Positions 24,327 through 35,365 of a stretch of DNA of 64,000 nt are shown here, piece by piece (position 1 is the first letter of the stretch; each line of letters begins with the position of its first letter). The DNA lies in the NCBI GenBank assembly GCA_010093605.1, contig MU004191.1, positions 41,397 to 105,396 of the forward strand. The letters are read 5' to 3'. The notes under the pieces were generated by a model. That model was not told the DNA's origin and did not search any database. It was given only the letters and a program-made list of their open reading frames with translations. This DNA is from Lophium mytilinum (lineage: Eukaryota). The position numbers and the translations under genes were made by a program.

Positions 24327-25265
24327 ATGCCAATCAAATTGTTACTTGCCCGACTGGTCGAGGCCGATACACACCCGAAAGCCCAGTGGAAGTCACGAGA
24401 AGAGCTAGCACGCTTGATATGGGCGCGCGATCTCTCTCGGGGCTATGTCCCGACGAGAGATTCTATTATAAGGCGCCTTGAAGAGTATGACAGTATGGCT
24501 GAAGACGAAAGACCACGGGATGATCACGGAGCTGCTGCGCTATTGAAGAGATTGATGAAAAGAACGGACTTCGACGCAAAAGACGACAGTAAGCTGTGTA
24601 ATATGCTCCTCGACCGCGGATATCCCCCTTTTGAAAACCGGAGGTTTAACATCATCCTTCTTCACGCCAGCACGAACACCACGTTTGACTATAAGAATGC
24701 GGCGACTGAAGAACTGACCGAAATGTTGAAACGACGCAAAATCCGGATCGCTACGACTGCATCGAAAGCTTTCAAAATCGAACTACTCAAACAAGACGAC
24801 GAAGCAGATCGAGATGTTAGAAATAACGCGTACGCAGAGGTGCTGGCGTGGAAAACCTCTTTTGAGGCATGTCAGCGGCAACAACAGGCTCTGGCAGAGG
24901 GACATTATGCAAATCTCGACCCTGAATACGTTCCGGACCTCTTGCGCCAACGAAATTTATCAGGCTATGGCTCGCTCGCTAGTCAGATCAAGCGGATCAA
25001 GAGACATGACAAGGTCTATTGGAGTATGCCCACTTTGCCGCAGTTAGAGGAGAGGGCCACTAGCCTCGAGATCTTGTATGAAGGGGCTTTGCGCGATCTT
25101 GAGATGGCGACTGGGCAACCGGTACCCGAGGACCTGGACGAGATCGTAAGGGATGCCTTGATGAAGGGAAAAACAGAAGCGCGGGGTTCTATGCAGGTGG
25201 GAGAGGCGGGTTATGGGTATCGCCATTCTGGTTCGGCGGCTTCGTCGATCCAGACGTCTCCGTAA
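24327..25265 (+). CDS. Hypothetical protein with several SAP/HeH-like repeats
   Basis: 312-aa ORF with repeats such as YKNAATEELTEMLKRRKIRIATTASKAFKIELLKQDD and YANLDPEYVPDLLRQRNLSGYGSLASQIKRIKRHD; the true start may be further upstream. Confidence 0.6.
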   Translation: MPIKLLLARLVEADTHPKAQWKSREELARLIWARDLSRGYVPTRDSIIRRLEEYDSMAEDERPRDDHGAAALLKRLMKRTDFDAKDDSKLCNMLLDRGYPPFENRRFNIILLHASTNTTFDYKNAATEELTEMLKRRKIRIATTASKAFKIELLKQDDEADRDVRNNAYAEVLAWKTSFEACQRQQQALAEGHYANLDPEYVPDLLRQRNLSGYGSLASQIKRIKRHDKVYWSMPTLPQLEERATSLEILYEGALRDLEMATGQPVPEDLDEIVRDALMKGKTEARGSMQVGEAGYGYRHSGSAASSIQTSP

Positions 25266-25725
25266 ACACATTGTGGGAAAGAAAGGTCTAAGAGATGCCT
25301 GGTTCATCCTCACGATCTAAGGTTCGAGACAAAACACCAAGAAAATATCGCTCGACCGTCAGACGATCTCGAAAGGCACTCAGTGAATGGGCAGTTGACC
25401 AAAAGAACATCCGTGCACAAACAGCCGCAAAGGACACCCCTCCGTTGGACAACCTCCCTTCCTTGACAACCTCGAATCCGCTACCGCCATCCCACTCTTC
25501 CTCGACCACCACCCCTACTCTTATATACAGTTGATGGCTTAATTGCTGATTGACGTCCACCCTCAGAGCCTGCACTCTGTCTTCCCTAGACTTGCCAATT
25601 TCCGCTTCAAGCCATCTTTTAACCAATTCCTATCGAACAAACCTTGAAGTCAGGGCATCTGTACGTGATTGCTTCTGCGAAACCATCCGTTTCAATCGTC
25701 CATCACAGCCATTGGCAAACGTACC

Positions 25726-27088
25726 ATGGAGGTCATCCACGCCCGCAATCCCGATCGGTTTCTAGGCTATGCAGGTATCCATAATGGCTTGGAGCTGCAG
25801 CAGCACATTCTCTCCCTTCCTGGGGAAGACTTGGATCAGTTAGCGAGTTTTCTTCGTGCGATCGCCCAAGGCAAATGTAGGTCGATACATCCGATCTGCG
25901 ACTCCCCTCCATCACTAGCTAATAACAGCAGGCCAACCTTCGACCAGTACCATAGCCAGCCAATCCAGCCCTATCGAAGAAGCAGCATCTGTGCTATCTC
26001 CAAGAAGGCAAGGCAGTAACTCCGTGATCGCTGACCATTGTTCCACTTCACTCGCGTCTAATGCAGCTTCTAGCAAGAGCCCGGTGCGTGAGAAGGAGTC
26101 CAGCGGCCACCCTGTTCCACTCGCAGAGTCGCCGCTTCGCGATACCACTTCCGACACAGTCAAAACAAAACAATCTAGGCCCGTCTGGAAGGGTTCAGTC
26201 CAGTTTTCACTAACCGAGGAAGATGATGGGACATTCACCGCCGTTGCTAAAGGAATCTCTCGATGCGACACAGGCGACACAGATTCATCCATCTCCCAAC
26301 CGAGCGCTAGTTCACCCCGCTCCACTCTTCCAGACGAGGATAAAAATCCTAACTCTACCAAGCTTGTGACCAGCAATAAACCGAGGTACCACCACACCCC
26401 CAGCTTCTCTATCAACGCCCAGACAATACCCACTCAGGGTCACAAACAGGAAAAGTTCGCCGGTCTTGCGGAAGCGCTCAGTAACCTCAAGCGCTCCATC
26501 CCCGGTACGTTAGGTCACTCAAGCAAAATGGCCTCCATGGCGCTGTCCATCCTCCCAAGCAGTGGACGAGGACGTGGCTTCTTCTCTTCAATTCAAGGCC
26601 CCAAAAGCTTCATAGTCGGGGAGGAGGATAACGACGGAGGGCCTGTATACATAACAGACTTCGAGTCGAGCCTGCTTCCTGAAACTCCTCCGGGTTGTGA
26701 CTACCCCGCCGCCGCCGCCATCGAGATCGCATCACCAGACGTGGAGAACGGTGAGAAATACAAGTCCGTGGGCGGACAGGGAGCGCTGAAAGCCCCTCAA
26801 GACCTAAAGGGCGTCAAGCGCTCGACCAAGAGCAAATGCAGTGCAGATAAGGGCGCGGCTGAGCAGGTTACGAACATTGCCAGAGCAGGAACATTGCGCC
26901 TTCAGGATGCGGTTGATGCCTTTGTGCTCCAGCCTGGAGCCACTGATTGGGATTATCGAGTCCGAAACCCGCTGAAGTCCTATGAAGATGCGTCGAAGCC
27001 CATCACCCAAGAAGAGAGGGATCGCCACATTGCTGACGGGTTTGGGCCGACCTACGCGGAATTCCTCCGCATGGATCCAGGCAATTAG
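25726..27088 (+). CDS. Hypothetical Ser-rich, probably disordered protein; 5' exon structure uncertain
   Basis: 365-codon open frame 25991-27088, preceded by a branch/acceptor-like gctaataacag at ~25918-25928 and an upstream ORF from ATG 25726 (MEVIHARNPDRF). Confidence 0.5.
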
Positions 27089-28188
27089 CTGTGCGGATAT
27101 AGACGGTGAAGGTGTGCGGTGTGGATAATATGAGGACTAGGTGCGGTGAGAAGTCGCTTCTCTGTTCTTGCACGATAGCCTAAAAGAGATGCCGTGTAGG
27201 CCGTGTTCTAGCTGAGACTCGGACCTACCATAGCCACGGCTTGGTCGAAGCGATATCTATATGGACTATCGCTGACCTTGAAAAGATTCTCTCCCGAAAA
27301 AACTTATTACCCCTTCGTAGTAGACGACGATCGATCCATCGGATGCCGTGGTTCAACGATGGTTGCGCCGGCAAGCAAAGAAAAGTCATCTCTCTGATCC
27401 CTATTAGCCCCCAACAAGGATATCACAATCTCAACTACACGCTCGGCCAACTCATTAGGGCTAGTTTGATAGATAAGGTAGCACCAACAGCACAAGGCTT
27501 TCTATCGGGGGCGCGCTATCTTGAGCTCATTTAGAAGCACCTTGACAACAGTCAACGATACTCTTGACGTTGGACAGGTCACATGATGAAACAACCCCAT
27601 GAAAGAAGTCTCCGAGGACAACGCTAAATGTAGGATGAGACGGTGAGGGAATCTTTGAATCATGTAGATAGATGACCAAGTTTACAACACTGTAAGGAAT
27701 CCCAAAGGCCGTGCCAATGCTGAAAAAGGCGTGTATATGTTACACTTTGAAATGTCGACGACCAGCAGTTGCACTTCCCATTCCCCGACAGGTTTAAATC
27801 CTATGAAGTTCACTTAGACAGGGGCGAACGAGTGTCCACAAACTTTTGATCAATCGCTGTCAACGCCATGATCAAGATCAAACTTACGAGGTTAGGGTCC
27901 GTCCTGTTCGCGAGGTCTCATTCCCTTTCATTGGCCAAGCTTTGACTATGTTTGCTTTGCCTATACTGGTTGAACGCAGCCGAACGCTCTTCCAGTGGGC
28001 TTCAGGTAGAAAATCTTAAAACTATGGAAGCATGTCGGAAAGGTCACTCGGTCAAATCGCTGTACGAAGAAGTACGACAGGTAGACCTGTTCATACTTCG
28101 CCTTGCATGACTACGCTATAGACCACTATGCCGGACACAGGAGGTTTGTACAGAGTCCACAACTCGCAGTATCCCTTCTCAGTCCTCT

Positions 28189-29027
28189 TTATACAGTAGG
28201 ATACCCGCAAAATCCGCATCCGTTGCATGTAGAATATTCACGAGTTTGTACCGGCCAGTCCATGCGACACCCTCCACACTTCCATTCTACCGTCTTAAGG
28301 GCATGATTCGCGACCTTTTTTCCTCTACTCATCCGGACGAAGCAATCTCGAGAGAAAGCTCCAAGTTCTTCCATCACGGTCGGGATAGGGTCGTCGTCTG
28401 ATTGCTCGGCAAAGATATTGTGATTTTCGACAACAAAATCGACAACGATGTCGCGTAGGCCTCGATCAGTGGATATTGTGGTCTCGTAAACTAGACGGAT
28501 GACGTCCGCCAGCCACTCTTCGCCTCCGTGCGCTTCGATGAGAGGCCTTAAGTAGTCCTTTGCCAGATTCTGTAGGCCGGTGACCTCGTATTTTGCTCCG
28601 ATGGCATATGTCTTTCAACATAATGTTAAAGCGCTCTTGTACTTAGAGTTGGACTCAACTGACCTGCACGTAGTGAAGCGCCTTCCGACTAGACGCGACA
28701 CTTTCCGCAAAGATGTCGCATTTGCCAGAATAGGCATACCGAAGCAGCGCGTCGACTGCGTAGGCATTGTCATGGTTGAGGTTAACGACGCATTCTTGGC
28801 CTTCTCTCCAGTAGGCGCTACACGCCTTGCGGAAAAACTCGATTTGGCTGCACAGGACGAGACGGTGGACCTTATAGGTGATGCTGCCGCAGCGGACTTG
28901 GAGATCGCTGTACTCGCCGTTGTTCAAGTAGCTATTAGCGCGATTAGTCTAGTGCATACCGAGAGCTTAGTGATGCGGAATGGACTTACTCGGCAAGCTG
29001 AAGAGTTACACCTTGCGGGGGCGCCAT
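28189..29027 (-). CDS. BTB/POZ protein with C-terminal C4 zinc ribbon (BTB-1, intact); exons 29027-28990, 28931-28664, 28611-28189
   Basis: MAPPQGVTLQLAD|YLNNGEYSDLQVRCGSITYKVHRLVLCSQIEFFRKAC...AVDALLRYAYSG...HYVQ|TYAIGAKY...DRGLRD...CGGC..CNGC. Confidence 0.88.
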
Positions 29028-29362
29028 GATGGGGTCCGCTCGTTGGTGTTGAAGATCAAGGTGGAGCGATTGGCTCGAGCAGGCGAAGTAATGTTTGGGT
29101 GCTGAGTAAGCTTTGCCAAACACAACCTCACATGGCAGCGCCTGGGGTGGCTCAGACATATCTCATAGATATCCAAAATGAATTCCCTGCGGCTTGCATC
29201 GGGTTCCAAAACTTTGTTGGGAAATTCTCGACTATGCCAATTGGGCGTATGTTGATGGTAAGGTGAATAACATGACCTCCTCACCTTATATAAACTGACC
29301 TTGTTTCTTCAAGTCGCATGCAAACTGTCATTCTCTTACTAGCAATCCTCACGCTTCTCGCG

Positions 29363-30204
29363 ATGCCGCCTCCAAAAGATCTATCGGGGTAATGATCAGC
29401 TCACAACGTGGCTTCATGATACGTTTGCTAAAGGTGATAGGTTTTTGAAATCCGGGGAATTCAGCGACCTGTAAATCCGCTGCGGCACTCAAAGCTGGCA
29501 AGCCCACCGTGTCATCATGTGCAGCCAGATACCATTCTTCGAAAAAGCTTGTAAGGAAGGAGTGTACAAGGTAGAATTCCCAGGCAGGATTCCGTAAAAG
29601 CATCGGTGCTAATAGATTCAATGACCAGGAGGGCCACGAGCGATTGGTAGATCTCAGCCATGATGAATACCTCGCAGTCAATGCTATGATCCAATACGCA
29701 TATACTGGAGACTACGAGCCTAGAGATCATGTCAATACTTACAACCGAGCGCTTTTCCACGTCCAGGTCTACGCCATCGCGTCAAAATACAACCTGTCAG
29801 ACTTGCAGGAGGTATCCAGCAAGCGCTTCGAGCCAGTGATCAAAGAAGGTTGTTACGAGCGATGGTTCCCGGATGTCATTCGCGCCGTCTACGACTCCAG
29901 CTTCCCGAGAGACCATCATCTCCGCGACATCGTTGCCAACATCATGATCGAACATCAGCCTGCATTCGCGGCTAAGGGTGAAGAGAACTTCATGGACGAG
30001 TTGTTGGAGGAGCTCGGGGGATTTGCTCGTGACTGCTTTGCTAGGCTAAGCAAGAAGGTCAAAGACGAACAAGAGGGCGCCTCCAAAGACGCAGCCAAAA
30101 TGATCCGTTCTGCCAACTGCCACCTATGCGGTCATCAGATTTTCAGAGGCCCATTTTCGCGGCCTCACTTGTGCCCCGGGTGTGGTGCTACCAGTTACTT
30201 CTGA
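29363..30204 (+). pseudogene. BTB/POZ + C4 zinc ribbon gene (BTB-2) with premature TAA at 29472-29474; exons 29363-29388, 29441-29570, 29629-30204
   Basis: MPPPKDLSG|FLKSGEFSDL*IRCGTQSWQAHRVIMCSQIPFFEKACKEGVYK|EGHERLVDLSHDE...CHLC..CPGC; splice sites match paralogues. Confidence 0.8.
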
Positions 30205-30807
30205 GACGAACTCGAGAGACAAGCAATCAGACGGCACTAGCCCAGAGGTCCGGGAACAAGGCTTTATCATTACTTCGCTCCAATCTGACCAACTTGTCAG
30301 CACTACGTGAAGCAACCCAGCTATTATGTAGCCAATGAATCAAGATTTTGTCCAATTTGCACTGTTTCAAACTTCACACTGTGCCTAGGGTTCCGAAACC
30401 CTAAGGGGTATCCTAAGCGGTGGTATACGGGCGAGCATAGTCTGATGTCACTGTAACCTCGTCTATATCAGACTATGCTCCCTAGATGTCAATTATGTAC
30501 GGTTATTTCTCATTCAGACTTCCCCTGATAACAAGCAATCGCGGGAGGTATAGTCCCACAAGTAGATAGATAAAATCTGTAGCGGGTGCCTCGATACGCT
30601 TCCGAAGATCTCATAGAAGGGAGTTATGGCATTCACTGTAATGATGAAGTTTCGTAGGCCGCTTTAAACATCCTTAGCCACGAGCTGGATTACATAAGCC
30701 TTCGAGGTGAGCTTGACTTCACTGCTTGCGCCCTTACTCCCTCGCTGTACTGAATTCCTCCTTCACACCCTCCACTAGCTGCGATCGAGCCGCCAGCTTT
30801 ACCTAAG

Positions 30808-31700
30808 ATGCCATCGCCGGCGGAACTGGAGGACTATCTGGCCAACGGCGAATACAGCGACCTGAAGATTATCTGCAATGGAGCCACCTACATGGTTCAC
30901 CGACTCATTCTGTGCAGTCAGATTAGATTCTTCGAAAATGCATGCAATATATCTTGGAAGGTGAGAGTATCCATGGCTATGGAGATAATCTTGCTAATGT
31001 AGAAATGAATAGGAGGGCGAGGAAGGTGTTGTTGACCTCAGTCATGATGACCCAGGTGCGGTCAAAGCGATGATCCACTATGCCTACACTGGGAACTGCG
31101 CAGCCTTCGACAACGCCGAGGACAGTCAGCAAGCACAACATTGGATCCAAGTGAGTTCTCACTGGTTTCTTGCATGAGAGCTTGTCTCATTGATACAGGT
31201 CTATGCGATCGGATCGAAATACGACTTCCTAGGCTTGAAGACGAAAGCGAAAGTTTATGTGGAACCGATCCTGGAGAACAACTGGGATAAGGACTGGTTT
31301 GCAGATATGATTCGTTTGGTCTATGGCACCACTATTTCCGATCGTGGCCTCCGCGATATTGTCGTCACAATCGTCCTCGAACATCATTCGACTTTCGCTG
31401 AGCAAAGCGGCGACGCTCCCATGCAAAAGCTGTTGGAGGAGGTTGGAGAGTTTAGTCGCGACTGCTTCAATTCGCTGTAAGAGAGAAGCTCATGACCGGG
31501 AAGGATATCTCAAGTGCGAAACTTGCAGTAAAGAGTGGCAGGCTCAGCCACTCGCTTCACTGGTGTCTGACCCCCTCTGTTCGAGATGTGGAGGCCTCGG
31601 ACTCCAGATATCTGCAAAAGGGCAGAAGAAGGGCGATAGGAAGCCGAAACGCTACATAGGCCCTAAATCGTATAGCCCCACATCCTATAGTCAAGGCTAA
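30808..31700 (+). pseudogene. BTB/POZ gene (BTB-3), frameshifted just before its zinc ribbon; exons 30808-30960, 31013-31150, 31199-31480 (ribbon in shifted frame to 31700)
   Basis: MPSPAELEDYLANGEYSDLKIICNGATYMVHRLILCSQ...WK|EGEEGVVDLSHDD...HWIQ|VYAIGSKY...FSRDCFNSL*; the next frame gives KREAHDREGYLKCETC...CSRC. Confidence 0.78.
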
Positions 31701-32206
31701 TCGACAGATCATGTTGCATACACCCGACGGGGCCTGAGTAATGAGATGACTCCAGCAACTGAGAACATCAGATCTCAATTGCTAAGCTATGAAACAGAAT
31801 GCCTCTAAATCAGCCATGATTTTCTTGAGTGATGAGCCTGGTGATGTGTTTCTTTTCTAAATTATTTGCGCCTTTGGCTCCCCGCAGCTTCGACCATATC
31901 TCGCCATAATGTTTCGACTACGGTTCTTGAGTGTCCGTCTAATTGTGACATCAAGGAAGATTTGAGATGATGCCGCTAGAACGATAGAAGATGTGCGTAC
32001 ATGTCCAGCCACGTGTTGTCCTCTTTCTAGAAGCTTTATGTTAGACCATACCTTGTGCGAGACAGGTGAGAGATTTACCGTTGAGACTCGGATTACATAA
32101 GCTGCTACCACAAACACACTCATCTGCGCCCCATTTGGCGTTCCTCCGCCACCTCACCCCTTCACAAGATCCTAAAGCTGCAAAGAGGCTGCTTTTCAAG
32201 CCCGTC

Positions 32207-33049
32207 ATGGCACCTCGTGGCATCATCCTCCCAGTCGAGGAGTAAGTACTAGCTCCCATATTCTCTCTGGTACAACCTTCACAAATATTGATCCACCGCA
32301 ACAGCTACCTCGACAACGGCGAATTCAGCGCTCTCGTCATTCGTTGCGGCGCCGTCACGTACAAAGTTCACCGAATTGTCTTGTGCTGCCAAATCGACTT
32401 CTTCCAAAAAGCTTGCGGCGGTCCTTTCAAGGTTAGTGATTCACAACAATCTGGGGTGGATTCAGTTTTGAACACAAAACAGGAAGCCGAAGAAGGCATG
32501 ATCGACCTCAGCCACGATGACAGTTACGCAGTTGGCGCGATGATTCGCTACGCCTACGGAGGACAATACGGTCCTGCTGAGAATCCCGATCCCGACGAGC
32601 AAGCTCTTCACCATGTCCATGTCTACGCGATTGCCTCCAAGTACAACATACCGGGGTTACAGGCGATGGCCAAAGATTGCCTCAAAACACTAGCGGATGC
32701 GCATTGGGACAAGGACTGGTTTGCGGACATCATTCGATCTGTCTACGAAACCACTATCTCCACAGACCGCGGCCTCCGTGACGTTGTACTTCATGTATTC
32801 ATGGATCATGACATGGCCCTTGCTGAGGAGGGGACCGAAAGTCCGGCTCAGAAAGTGTTCTACGAAATCAGGCAGTTCGCTCGCGACTGCTTCAACAAGA
32901 TGAGCGAGGACAAGAAAGCCGCAAACGATGAATTCAAGATCTTCCGCGAAAATACGATACAATGCATATGCGGATATAAGGGTCTAAAGAACGGCGAGAA
33001 TGGTTCGGTATATTGTGGTGACTGTAGGAGTAAATGGTACCTCAAGTGA
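32207..33049 (+). CDS. BTB/POZ protein with C-terminal zinc ribbon (BTB-4, intact); exons 32207-32241, 32305-32431, 32483-33049
   Basis: MAPRGIILPVED|YLDNGEFSALVIRCGAVTYKVHRIVLCCQIDFFQKACGGPFK|EAEEGMIDLSHDD...CIC..CGDC. Confidence 0.88.
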
Positions 33050-33903
33050 GATACTTGCGGACGTTTCCTGAGATAAGGGATTTACGAGCAATCGAGTATC
33101 CTAGCTAGGCTATAGAGCCTTTTCCCTTTCTCATCCGAATCAAAGGTGCCTTGTTCAACTTACCACCTCACTATACTTCAATGCCTTGTCATAATAATTA
33201 TTAGAAAGGCGAAGATACACTAGTCTGTCATGGCTTGAAGTGATTCGATACCTCAGTAATAGCCTGTGGCAGCCTTGTACAGGGCATGAGGGAGTGGCCC
33301 AGCTCTCTAATGTTCTTACCAGTGACCAGCGTAGAAGTTTTTGGTATTCTAGGTAGACTTAAAAAGATCTTCGCCCGCCTTAAAGAATGAAACACAGTGT
33401 CAAGGCCGTACATGCGGCGAAGGCAACGAAGTTGCACATGATCGCTATCGGCGTGGCTCATTGGCTGCTTGTACAGTGACGCAAATCAACTTAATGTTAA
33501 GCAACGCAATTCAAATTGCTCTTTGACTCATTGCTGATGATTTAGCTGGGCTACCCCTCTCAATGGTATTCAGCCAACGGAATCGGAGCCGAATAGTGAT
33601 GACATCCGTGTGCCCAGAACCAGACTCATCGCCTAGTACTGTTGCAGAGGAACAAAAAGAATGGATTCAGAAATCACATCTAGAATCATTAAGGGCATTG
33701 ATAGCGTAGTTGGAACCATAGCTATGCCTCCCCTCACAATCGAAACGAGGAAAAGGGGGGGTTAAGAAGCGCCAAGTCACGTGATCAGACGGATTTGTAA
33801 TCCAATGTCCATCCCTTGCAGAAGACGAAGCCAGTCCCCTCTTTGTCTCGTTGAACCGTAAGCTCCAAATTCTAGTCACCGTATCTCTGGCCATGCACAG
33901 AGC

Positions 33904-35365
33904 ATGATGAGCAGTGCCTCCACGGACTCGGTACACTTCTGCGACTCCTGTAGCAAGCCATTTGCGAAAGGTGCGTCTCGTTATTCTACCAATGGTGTCC
34001 ACGTCGCTGACTTCGAATAGCATCTTCCTGTAAACGGCATATTTCGTACTGCAGGAGAACGCAAAATCAGAACCGAGTCCGTCGACGATCGTGCCGCGCA
34101 TGTGGCGCTGCGAAAGCCAAATGTAGCTTTGAAGTCCCCTGTTCACGATGCACAAGAAACAGGACGCAATGCATCTACGAGACTCCAATCTCAGGTTCTC
34201 AAAGCTCTAGCTCCATTGTCTCTACACCGGCCAGCAGCATGGTACCATCTTTACCGACGGTTGAGGAACTCGCAGACGGCAGGTCTACGTGGCCAATCTG
34301 GTCATCTACCTATTCATTTGACGAAAATCATCTCTGGGAGGGAGGAGCAGATGATTTCCCTTCGAATCCCATCCCTCCCAACGAAATTATCCGTAATGAT
34401 AGAGCAATTATCGACTATCCCGCAGATACAATACTCAACACTTCTCCTTCTCGATCTCCTACCCACGAAGATCATATTCCGGCAGTCTCCACATGCACGG
34501 ATTTAGCTATATTCCCCATTGTAGCTTCCCTACCACGAATTGGAGCGCCGGATCCCGCTTCCCAAAGGTGCGCGTTATTCATATTGCAGGGCTTGCGTTC
34601 CTTTCCCCACATGATGCTCCGAACCGAGACATTCCCACCATTCATTCACGCAAATTTCCATCAAAATTGGAACTCCCACGGCCCTGCTTTACCAGAAGCC
34701 CTTGGGAATTGCATTGGAGTTGCACAAATGTTTGTCTCGAGGACATCCGAGACGACGCCTTTCATTTGGCGAACCATACGCGAGGAGCAGCATCGCCTAA
34801 TGAAACAAATCGACACATTCACGAAGTTAGAACTGGTAGCTGCCATTCAAGCGTTCACGGTGTACGTGATTATGCGAATTACAGACGAGCAAGCCGAGCA
34901 TGCCGAAGAGGATTTTGCGACTCTCCGATCGTTCCAAGCTCTATGCCACCGTTTTTGCGAGCACTCCGGCGGCGGCCAATGTGTAGGCACGAACAGGTTC
35001 ACCCCAGCTCTACTTGGGCAGAGTGGGTGCTTGCAGAGTCCCTTCGACGGGTTGCGGTTGTTTGGTTCCTCTTCGATCGCATCGTCTGTATCAGAACAGC
35101 GGTTCCATGCGAGGTTACTAAGGACTTCCAATTGCTACCATTGCCTTCCTCCAAGATGCTGTGGGAGGCGCCAACCGAAGAAATGTGGCGTTCGGAACGG
35201 ATTCATGAGAAATCGACGACAAACAGTGGATTCCTTTCTTTCGGCGATCTAATAGATGCTCAAAGAAGAACGCAACACACCGAAAGTATACGAAAGCTTG
35301 ATGCATGGACCTCCAGAGTTGACGGGCTGAGTACACTACTCTCGGTCGCCACCGTCATGGTTTAA
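33904..35365 (+). pseudogene. C2HC finger + Zn(II)2Cys6 transcription factor with an apparent 1-nt frameshift at ~34975; intron 33971-34020
   Basis: CDSCSKPFAK|ASSCKRHISYC, then CRACGAAKAKCSFEVPCSRCTRNRTQCIY; the family-typical C-terminus (WAEWVLAESLRR, PLPSSKMLWEA) lies in the -1 frame. Confidence 0.8.

Noticed and set aside
34493..35365. Separate 290-aa gene overlapping the transcription factor
   Set aside because: Only its last ~130 aa are protein-like; they are the frameshifted C-terminus of the same TF
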